NCBI GenBank assembly: GCA_040758355.1
Contig: JBFLWF010000048.1
Coordinates: 1-13,568, forward strand
Origin: Nitrospirota bacterium
GTDB taxonomy: Bacteria; Nitrospirota; Thermodesulfovibrionia; Thermodesulfovibrionales; Dissulfurispiraceae
Reading direction: 5' to 3'
DNA: 13,568 nucleotides
In this document: positions 1 to 6,856 of the stretch, piece after piece
Numbering within the stretch: position 1 is the first letter of the stretch
Layout: each line of letters starts with the position of its first letter
Notes under the pieces: generated by a model
The model's database searches: none
What the model saw: only the letters and a program-made list of their open reading frames with translations
What the model was told of the DNA's origin: nothing
Translations under genes and position numbers: made by a program

Positions 1-62
1 ACAAGTTTTACTGCCTCCTGCCGAAATTCCTTCGTGTACCTTCCATACGGTAACCTTTCCAT
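1..62 (-). CDS. IS3-family transposase OrfA, N-terminal fragment (partial)
   Basis: Hand translation gives MERLPYGRYTKEFRQEAVKL, matching the 'Y(S/T)xEF(K/R)xEAV' HTH_Tnp_1 start. Not in the ORF track because it is truncated. Confidence 0.8.
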   Translation of the reverse strand, partial: MERLPYGRYTKEFRQEAVKL

Positions 63-126
63 CTGAACACCTCCGTTAACTTATTTTACCTCAACTTTTG
101 GTGTCCACTTTTCTTATCCTACCTCA
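1..126 (-). mobile_element. IS3-family insertion sequence, left end (partial, runs off the window edge)
   Basis: Minus strand from 126 reads TGAGGTAGGATAAGAAAAGTGGACACC, a TG-initiated end typical of IS3 terminal inverted repeats. It is followed by RBS GGAGGT and an OrfA-like start. Confidence 0.8.
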
Positions 127-139
127 CAATAGCCAAAGC

Positions 140-264
140 GGAAGACAAAGTATTGGAGCGACTTGGACAGCCCAAGCGTAACCATGGATGGTGGAGCGGG
201 CTGTCTTTGCTTCGGAGGAAGGCTGGATGCCTTCCGAGAATGAAGCGGAAATACTTTGTCTTCC
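140..264 (+). ncRNA. Structured repeat element, copy 1 (candidate ncRNA or non-autonomous mobile element; family unknown)
   Basis: Perfect 15-bp closing stem 140-154/250-264. Inner stems 166-173/198-205, 181-184/189-192 and 217-223/229-235. Core 153-251 matches the reverse complement of 4886-4983 at 88/99 positions. Strand is tentative, based on G-U pairs. Confidence 0.6.
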
Positions 265-320
265 AGCATAACAAAGTTTATGAATAATCTGACTTTGAAG
301 CCGTGCCTGCTTTGACATGA

Positions 321-770
321 TTATCTGCGTCCTTTGAAAAACTTCTTTAAGAGCGCAGCACTCTCCTCTTCCAGCACCCCTGAAACAACCTCCACCTGAT
401 GATTCAACCTTTTGTCCGAAAGAAGCTGATAAAGGCTCTGAACTGCGCCAGCCTTTGTGTCCCCACAGCCATACACGAGCCTTCCCAATCGGGCATTCAC
501 CATAGCGCCTGCACACATTATGCAAGGCTCTTTCGTCACATAAAGGGCTGCACCAGTCAGTCTCCAATTTTTAATCTTCTGTGCGGCTTCTCTCAAGACG
601 ATTACTTCTGCATGGGCAGTCGGGTCAAAAACCGATTCCCTCTTGTTGTGGGCACGTGCAATTATTTCGCCTTTTATGACAAGGACGGCGCCGACAGGGA
701 CTTCATCTTCATTAAATGCCTTTTCTGCCTCCTTCAAGGCAAGCCTCATGAAATCAATATCTGAAGCCAT
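321..770 (-). CDS. tadA: tRNA adenosine(34) deaminase
   Basis: EVPVGAV, PTAHAE and EPCIMCAGA zinc-deaminase motifs; 149 aa. Confidence 0.95.
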   Translation of the reverse strand: MASDIDFMRLALKEAEKAFNEDEVPVGAVLVIKGEIIARAHNKRESVFDPTAHAEVIVLREAAQKIKNWRLTGAALYVTKEPCIMCAGAMVNARLGRLVYGCGDTKAGAVQSLYQLLSDKRLNHQVEVVSGVLEEESAALLKKFFKGRR

Positions 771-778
771 TTTGTCAG

Positions 779-1126
779 TTAACTCTCCACTTCCAGTTCC
801 GCTAACTCCACACCATTGCCGGCTTTTATTATAACCGAATCACTCCCACAGCATGGACATTGAAAGATGAAGTCTCTATCCACGCTGAACTCGCCATTAC
901 AGGTCTTACAGCATCCGGTTGTAGGTATTTCTTCGATTATCAGGGATGCTTCGCTTGCAATGCTTCCTGTCTTTAGTGCGTCAAAAACAAAAATTAAGGC
1001 CTCGGTTGATACTGCCGAGGCCTTTCCAATCTTCACTTTTATATTTTTTATCTGGCCGAAACCGTTATCTCTACATTTCCATATGGCTGTTTCAAGAATG
1101 CTTTCGGCAATGTAAACTTCGTGCAT
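779..1126 (-). CDS. hypA: Hydrogenase maturation nickel metallochaperone HypA/HybF
   Basis: N-terminal MHE nickel site and two CxxC zinc motifs (CKTC, CPCC); 115 aa. Confidence 0.9.
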   Translation of the reverse strand: MHEVYIAESILETAIWKCRDNGFGQIKNIKVKIGKASAVSTEALIFVFDALKTGSIASEASLIIEEIPTTGCCKTCNGEFSVDRDFIFQCPCCGSDSVIIKAGNGVELAELEVES

Positions 1127-1129
1127 TTC

Positions 1130-1432
1130 CTACTTATGCACTTCCTTCTCGTAAGCCTCTTTGCCTGCCTCAAATGCTGCTGTTAACGCAGATTTTTTCT
1201 CTTCGACAAGATGTTTGCCTTTTTCCACTGTTGAAACAACCTTTTCCTTGGTCTGACCGACATATTCGGTTGCCTTCTCCCTTACATCATCTGTAAATTC
1301 CCGGATTCTTTTCCTTGTTTCCACACCAGATTGCGGCGCAAGAAGCAGCGCCAGTCCAGCGCCCACCATACCGCCCAAAAGGAATGATAGCAATACAGAA
1401 CCCGCACTGAAACCGCCTTCTTCGTGTCTCAT
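1130..1432 (-). CDS. YtxH domain-containing protein
   Basis: FLLGGMVGAGLALLLAPQSGVETR signature followed by a charged helical tail; RBS AGGAGG. Confidence 0.85.
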   Translation of the reverse strand: MRHEEGGFSAGSVLLSFLLGGMVGAGLALLLAPQSGVETRKRIREFTDDVREKATEYVGQTKEKVVSTVEKGKHLVEEKKSALTAAFEAGKEAYEKEVHK

Positions 1433-1451
1433 GTTGTCCTCCTTTCTTTAG

Positions 1452-1856
1452 TCATCTACTCATCAACTCTTTAAGTAGTACATTCAGGGCTGTTTTAATG
1501 CCCGCCTTTACACCCAGAACCCTTAATGACATCCCTTCTCTTACATCATGTACAATACTGCTGAGCGCCCTGAGATTATCCACAATTTCATACAGTGCCC
1601 CTGAAAAATTCCTTGCATTCTCTGTAACTGTTCCCACATCATCGCTCACCTTTCTGAGGCTTTTTAGGGTCTGTTCCGTCTCCTCAAGTACAGGATTAAT
1701 CCTTTCCTCGGTATTTTTCAGAAATTCTTTGAATGTCTGTGCCGCCCTCCTTATCTCCAGAGAGGCATAGATAAGAAAACCGATGGCAGCGATAAAGCCG
1801 AGCGTCATTATGAAAAAGCCTACGCTCATAATCAGTATCCATGACTGGCTGTTCAT
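1452..1856 (-). CDS. DUF948 (YoxC-like) membrane-anchored coiled-coil protein
   Basis: One N-terminal TM helix followed by an amphipathic helical region. Lies directly upstream of the YtxH-like gene, the usual pairing. RBS AGGAGG. Confidence 0.7.
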   Translation of the reverse strand: MNSQSWILIMSVGFFIMTLGFIAAIGFLIYASLEIRRAAQTFKEFLKNTEERINPVLEETEQTLKSLRKVSDDVGTVTENARNFSGALYEIVDNLRALSSIVHDVREGMSLRVLGVKAGIKTALNVLLKELMSR

Positions 1857-1901
1857 CCTGCCTCCTTTTCAAGAAAAGTATATCATATTTAGCCCTGATT
1901 G

Positions 1902-2000
1902 AAAATTACATGCAGCAAGCTGCATGTAATTTTAATGCAAGGAATTATTGTTTTTACTATTCGCTCGCTAAACCGCAGCAAGCTGCGGGTAAGCTCGCTA
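1902..2000. repeat. REP/PATE-like double palindrome element
   Basis: AAAATTACATGCAGC-AA-GCTGCATGTAATTTT (1902-1933, perfect 15-bp arms) and CCGCAGC-AA-GCTGCGG (1973-1988) share the core GCAGCAAGCTGC. Direct repeat GCTCGCTA at 1963-1970 and 1993-2000. Confidence 0.7.
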
Positions 2001-3563
2001 TCCATTTAATATGCCTACGAATAATCTCACCAGCGTGGGATCAAACTGCGTTCCTGCTCCGGACTTCATCTCTTCTACGGCTTTCTCGCTGGTCATTGCG
2101 CTTCTGTAAGGTCTGTCTGCTGTTATCGCATCGTATACATCAGCCACGGCTAAAATACGCGCCTCGAGGGGAATATCATCACCTGCAAGGCCGTCAGGGT
2201 ATCCTGAGCCGTCATATCGTTCATGGTGATGCTTCATTATAGGTATTATATCCCTGAGCGATTTCAGGGGCATAAGAATTTCAGCCCCCTGTGATGGATG
2301 TTTGTGGATCAACTCAACTTCTTCCGATGTCAGATCGCCTGGCTTATCAAGTATTGCCTCGTATGTACCTATCTTTCCGATATCGTGCAGTATTGCTGCC
2401 AACTGGAGTTTCTCAAGGGTGTCCTTTTTAAGTCCAACCCTGCTCCCGAGTTTCATGGCATAATCCGCCACCCGCAAGGAATGTCCCTTTGTCCATCTGG
2501 ACTTTGCATCAATGGCAGATACCAGAGATGTAACAGTACCAAGGAATATCTCTTCGATATCCTCCATTAGCCGTGCATTTTCCAATGCTATGCCAACCTG
2601 TGTGGCGACCTTTTCGGCGGTTGTTATATGTATCTTTGTGAACCATGCTGGTCGTACGCTGGACAAAATTAATACTCCCAGAAAGTCGCCTTTGACGCTT
2701 ATCGGTACGCAAAAATAAGAAATTACATTTTTCTCGCTTGTCCACTCCGCCTGCTTTGGATACTCCCTGAAGTCGAGGGTTATATCGTGCTGATAAAAAG
2801 ATTTTCCACTTTTTGAAACCGTGTAAAAGGGTGTATCGTCCTTCCCTATTTCCACACCCTTATCAATACCGGTGCCCCATGATGTGATCACACGAAAAAC
2901 ATCCTTCGCACCCTCAAACAGTGCCGCAGTAGCGCCATCACATGGGATTACCCTTCTTATCATCTGGACAACGGTTTCTACTATCTCCTCGGTTTTGAGG
3001 TTCGCGAGTATCTCCTTGCCGATCTCGTACATGAGCTGCAGGGTTTCTATTTCGTGGACCAGTTCCACACGGTTTTCTATTCCCTCCCTGTAGAGTATCT
3101 GGTTTTCTATGCCGAGAGAGAAGTATTTTGTTATGGCATCTATAAATTGGATATCCGAATCATCAAGGTCAGCAGACTCTGCTAACAGCACACCCACCCC
3201 TTTCCCCCTGCTGGTTATGGGACTCACAATGGCCTTTGCCTTATTTGATGATACGCCTAATTCTTCGGGTATGCCGCAGATAGCTATCGTATCTTTATTC
3301 TTTAAAACATCTTTTATAAACGATGTGCTGTCCTCTGTGCATCTTGCATATAGGGATTCAAGAATTTTGGCTCTGTGGTTTCCGGATATCGCAACTATAT
3401 TAAACTCCTCATACTCTCCTTTCATAACGATAATGCACCTCTGAAAATGCAGGAGAGATGTAACCAGACCGGTAACCGCACTACACATATCCTCTATGGC
3501 CTTCGAATCGCCAACAATTCGGGATAATTCAAAAAAAACCTCATTTATATTCCTTGGTCTCAT
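1998..3563 (-). CDS. Tandem GAF domain + HD-GYP cyclic di-nucleotide phosphodiesterase
   Basis: HS...RVA, LHDIGK and HHERYDGSGYPDGL motifs, plus ADVYDA and DRPYR. Two GAF-like segments ending in 'LGIEN' and 'IALENARL'. Confidence 0.92.
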   Translation of the reverse strand: MRPRNINEVFFELSRIVGDSKAIEDMCSAVTGLVTSLLHFQRCIIVMKGEYEEFNIVAISGNHRAKILESLYARCTEDSTSFIKDVLKNKDTIAICGIPEELGVSSNKAKAIVSPITSRGKGVGVLLAESADLDDSDIQFIDAITKYFSLGIENQILYREGIENRVELVHEIETLQLMYEIGKEILANLKTEEIVETVVQMIRRVIPCDGATAALFEGAKDVFRVITSWGTGIDKGVEIGKDDTPFYTVSKSGKSFYQHDITLDFREYPKQAEWTSEKNVISYFCVPISVKGDFLGVLILSSVRPAWFTKIHITTAEKVATQVGIALENARLMEDIEEIFLGTVTSLVSAIDAKSRWTKGHSLRVADYAMKLGSRVGLKKDTLEKLQLAAILHDIGKIGTYEAILDKPGDLTSEEVELIHKHPSQGAEILMPLKSLRDIIPIMKHHHERYDGSGYPDGLAGDDIPLEARILAVADVYDAITADRPYRSAMTSEKAVEEMKSGAGTQFDPTLVRLFVGILNG

Positions 3564-3574
3564 CTTATCCCTCC

Positions 3575-4432
3575 CTATAAATACACGGAAAATGTCTTGT
3601 CCGCCTGTATGATGTCCATAACTTCCACAATTATATCAACAAGATCGCTCTCAGACAATGAGAGGATATTCCATCCGGCCTCGTCGAGCATGGGAACAAA
3701 AGGGTCTCCGATGCAAGAAACACCTATGCCCTTTACAATGATATCGGAAAGATGCACAATGGCCGTCTCTTTCTTATGTCCACCGCACATGCCGGGCTTA
3801 TGGTGGTATGCAATGATGTCCTTTATTATCCCCGGCAGGTTCCATGTCTCGGCAAGCCATAATCCGGCATCGTCATGGGTAATATTAATAACCGCTTTCT
3901 CAGCATCCAGCGTGGTTATCCCGCTATTCTTTACCGCTGCCTCTATCTCCTTTGACTCCTCCGGCAGTTGTTTTTTTATCAAGACCTTGCCTATATCGTG
4001 GAGCAGCGCCCCTGTCATTATTTCCTCGATGGTTATGAGGTTAAATCTCTTTGCTAGAAAACCGGCGACAGTGGAGCAACAGTACGAATGATCCCATAGC
4101 CCCGGAAGCGTCTTATCCGCAACATCAAAAAGCGACGTGCTTAATATTATGCCCCTGATAAGGTTTGAACCAAGCAGTATTACGGCCCTCCTGATGGTTG
4201 CCACGTCGCTGTAAAGCCCGTAGAAGGGAGAATTAACCAGTTTCAATACCTTGCTGGATAACACCTGATCCTTCTCGATATGTTTGCTCACATCATCGAC
4301 AGAGTAGTTTATATCCTCCATTATTTTCAGTATCCTGCTGTGAATTGCAGGAATGGTGGGAAGGTCTTTTATGTTAAAGAGTCTATCGTTAATTGATGAA
4401 TGTGTGTTAGTCCGCATATCGACCGTATTCAA
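3575..4432 (-). CDS. HDOD domain-containing protein
   Basis: LPTIP, D.VL..KVLKLVNSPFYG, W.HS, LLHDIGK and W.LP...YHH motifs. The start codon (TTG or a downstream ATG) is uncertain. Confidence 0.9.
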   Translation of the reverse strand: MNTVDMRTNTHSSINDRLFNIKDLPTIPAIHSRILKIMEDINYSVDDVSKHIEKDQVLSSKVLKLVNSPFYGLYSDVATIRRAVILLGSNLIRGIILSTSLFDVADKTLPGLWDHSYCCSTVAGFLAKRFNLITIEEIMTGALLHDIGKVLIKKQLPEESKEIEAAVKNSGITTLDAEKAVINITHDDAGLWLAETWNLPGIIKDIIAYHHKPGMCGGHKKETAIVHLSDIIVKGIGVSCIGDPFVPMLDEAGWNILSLSESDLVDIIVEVMDIIQADKTFSVYL

Positions 4433-4719
4433 AACAAGAGTTCCTTTATGATGTCCTTTATTTTTAAGACCATCGGGTGTGAGCCTGCGGTACTGAACCG
4501 CCTGTCTATCTCCTTAAAAGAGCTTTCAGCCGCACCGGTTTCCCTCTTTACCGGGCATCCTTCCACAACCACCTTCTTTATGTCCCTGTTATTCAATATG
4601 ATAATATGTCTTTCGGTGAGTTCCACTCCCTTAAGAAACAGGATATTGCCGTCTTTGTCCTTTACTGTGGCAGCAAGTATCATGGAGGGCTTTACCTCAT
4701 CTATATCCAATTTCTGCAT
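4429..4719 (-). CDS. Small hypothetical protein, resembling the N-terminal module of HD-GYP proteins
   Basis: 'I.EVKP.M.LA..V.D..G..L..KG.ELT' pattern; its stop overlaps the start of the HDOD gene. Confidence 0.75.
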   Translation of the reverse strand: MQKLDIDEVKPSMILAATVKDKDGNILFLKGVELTERHIIILNNRDIKKVVVEGCPVKRETGAAESSFKEIDRRFSTAGSHPMVLKIKDIIKELLF

Positions 4720-4749
4720 ATAAGACCTTCCCCTTAAAAATAATAATAA

Positions 4750-4777
4750 ATTTTACCATTTCTTAACAAAAAAGCAA
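4750..4777 (-). promoter_or_regulatory. Putative sigma70 promoter for the HDOD/HD-GYP operon
   Basis: Minus strand TTGCTT-16 nt-TAAAAT, with an extended -10 TG motif. Confidence 0.4.
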
Positions 4778-4800
4778 TAAAAATATGCAGTCCACGAATT

Positions 4801-5106
4801 CAGCGATAAGGATGTGGCTCTGAAGTGAATAGCGATGTTTTGGTAACAGTTCTTTGCGACTGGAGCGTCAGGCAATGGTATAATCTTTCCGCTTCATTCT
4901 CGACAGGCATCCAGCCATTCTCCGAAGCAAAGACAGCCCGCTTAGGCATCCATGCCACGCTTGGGCTGTCCAAGTCGCTCCAAGACCATACCATTGCCTG
5001 ACAGCCGCAACTGTTTGAGCGAAGCGAGTTTTGCGGATGTAGCGGAAGGAGCATTAGAACTGTCAAAACATAGCTCCTGAACGAAAGAGACTTATCCTTA
5101 TAGCTG
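4801..5106 (-). ncRNA. Structured repeat element, copy 2 (apparently full length, about 305 nt)
   Basis: Nested inverted repeats: 4801-4813/5094-5106 (12/13), 4831-4853/5056-5075 (bulged), 4867-4881/4988-5002 (perfect 15 bp) and 4932-4939/4963-4970. Side hairpin 5005-5010/5031-5036. Core shared with 153-251. Strand is tentative. Confidence 0.65.
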
Positions 5107-5117
5107 GATATCAATAC

Positions 5118-5690
5118 TCATCCACTGATGCGTGTCATCTTATAGACGTGGATGATTCTCTGGATTGCAGTGGCATGGCTGAAGAAAAACAGCATGACAA
5201 TTACCGGAAATAACCATCCTGCTATACAGCCGAAGGCTAAGAGCACCACCCTCTCAGGCCTTTCCATGAGCCCGATGGTGCATGCAACGCCAATGCCTTC
5301 TGCCCTTGCCCTCACATAGCTTATGAGCAATGCCCCCACGAGGCTGCCCGCAGTAAATATCACGCCTGCAAGATCGTCCATATCGAAAAAGTACCATGCA
5401 ACAGCAATAAAAATAAGGGAATCGGAGTATCTATCGAGGGTTGAGTCGAGAAGCGCACCGAATTTGGTGCTCTTTCCGTTTGTGCGGGCAACGATGCCGT
5501 CGAGCATGTCAAAAAAGCCGCCGAGGAGTATTAAAAGCCCGCCGGTCAAAGGGTTAAATGGTATGCTGACGGCAGCGGCTGCTGTAATCAGGAAACCGAG
5601 TATGGTAAGGATATTTGGACTTATGGATATTTTCTTTGCTATAGGTGCAAGGGGTTTATCGAGGAAATGCCCCAGTTTAGCACTTATCAC
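5118..5690 (-). CDS. CDP-alcohol phosphatidyltransferase, probable phosphatidylinositol-phosphate synthase type
   Basis: Family motif DxxDGxxAR...GxxxDxxxD (DMLDGIVAR...GALLDSTLDRYSD), ISPN.LT, SYVRARAE and ERPER; adjacent to ino1. Confidence 0.88.
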   Translation of the reverse strand: MISAKLGHFLDKPLAPIAKKISISPNILTILGFLITAAAAVSIPFNPLTGGLLILLGGFFDMLDGIVARTNGKSTKFGALLDSTLDRYSDSLIFIAVAWYFFDMDDLAGVIFTAGSLVGALLISYVRARAEGIGVACTIGLMERPERVVLLAFGCIAGWLFPVIVMLFFFSHATAIQRIIHVYKMTRISG

Positions 5691-5691
5691 G

Positions 5692-6837
5692 CTATCTCTC
5701 CCTCTTACCCGTTATAAATTCCTCCACCATTTCCCGTGCTTCTTCATCCGAAAACTGGGTCCTCGGATGCTTCATAAAATAGGCTGAGGGGGAAATGAGG
5801 AGACCCCCTACACCCCTGTCCTTTGCGATCTTGCAGCACCGTATGGCATCTATCACGACTCCCGCACTGTTGGGAGAGTCCTCAACCGATAATCTCAGCT
5901 CCACATGCATCGGGATGCTGCCAAAGCCCTGTCCCTCCATCCTCAAAAAGCATACCTTGTTATCATTCATCCACGGCACATAATCCGAGGGGCCTATGTG
6001 TATATCATCGTCGGTTAACCGGTGCGCAACCTGCGACTGTACTGCCTCTGTCTTTGATATCTTTTTTGACTTAAGCCTGCTGTGGTTGAGCATGTTGAGA
6101 AAATCCGTATTGCCTCCAACATTCAACTGATACGTATGGTTTATCTTTACCCCCCTGTCCATGAAGAGCTTTGCCAGAGTCCTGTGAATGATGGTTGCGC
6201 CTATCTGTGATTTTATATCATCTCCGATTATGGGTATGTCTCGCTCCTCAAAACGTTTTATCCATCCGTCTTCGGATGCCACAAAAACAGGGATGCAGTT
6301 AATAAAAGCGACACCAGCTTCAAGGCAGGCATTTGCATAATACCTTGTAGCGTTTTCCGACCCTACGGGCAGGTAGTTGATGAGCATATCTGCGCCGCTG
6401 TCCTTCAAAACCTTCACGACATCGCACGGGTTTTCGCCAGATGCAATAAACCTCCTGTCATCAGGATAATCGTCCATATGAGGCGATATGCCATCGAGGA
6501 CTTCAGCCATCTGAACAGTGACATGGTGATCAGGAAGCGCAGGGAAAAAAGCCTTTGTGCAATTGGGTTTTGCAAAAATAGCCTCCTTCAGAGGCTTATT
6601 TACCTTTCTGACATCCACATCAAAGGCAGCCACCACGTCTATATCTCCCGGCAGGTATCCGCCGAGATTATAGTGCATCAGTCCATTGGATATTTCGGGG
6701 GACCTGTCAGTATTGTCTTCTGTTAATGCCTTGTAATAGGCTATCCCCTGAATCAGGGAGCTTGCGCAATTACCTACGCCGGCAATCGCAATTCGTATCC
6801 TCCCTGTATTTTTTTGGCCCGTATTATCTTGTCCCAT
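5692..6837 (-). CDS. ino1: myo-inositol-1(3)-phosphate synthase
   Basis: GVGNCASSL, YLPVGS, GDDIKSQIGAT, QLNVGGNTDFLNM and DSPNSAG motifs. Confidence 0.95.
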   Translation of the reverse strand: MGQDNTGQKNTGRIRIAIAGVGNCASSLIQGIAYYKALTEDNTDRSPEISNGLMHYNLGGYLPGDIDVVAAFDVDVRKVNKPLKEAIFAKPNCTKAFFPALPDHHVTVQMAEVLDGISPHMDDYPDDRRFIASGENPCDVVKVLKDSGADMLINYLPVGSENATRYYANACLEAGVAFINCIPVFVASEDGWIKRFEERDIPIIGDDIKSQIGATIIHRTLAKLFMDRGVKINHTYQLNVGGNTDFLNMLNHSRLKSKKISKTEAVQSQVAHRLTDDDIHIGPSDYVPWMNDNKVCFLRMEGQGFGSIPMHVELRLSVEDSPNSAGVVIDAIRCCKIAKDRGVGGLLISPSAYFMKHPRTQFSDEEAREMVEEFITGKRER

Positions 6838-6856
6838 AGTATTGCAATCTCCTAAA

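Noticed and set aside
140..264. Hammerhead ribozyme or known riboswitch
   Set aside because: No CUGANGA/GAAA core and no riboswitch consensus that I recognise. Its orientation relative to neighbouring genes differs between copies. Only an Rfam search can exclude this fully.
127..320. SRP RNA (ffs) or tRNA downstream of tadA
   Set aside because: No SRP domain IV motif (CAGG...GGAA...AGCAG) and no tRNA cloverleaf or T-loop on either strand.
124..567. 147-aa minus-strand ORF
   Set aside because: It overlaps tadA in another frame and runs across the structured repeat into the IS end; no recognisable protein features.
1841..2242. 133-aa plus-strand ORF and the other antisense ORFs in the track
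   Set aside because: They are shadows of well-supported genes on the opposite strand and carry no motifs.
4800..5114. 104-aa minus-strand ORF
   Set aside because: It coincides with the fold-back element. The copy-1 core has a 1-nt indel relative to it, and the substitutions follow base pairing rather than codons.
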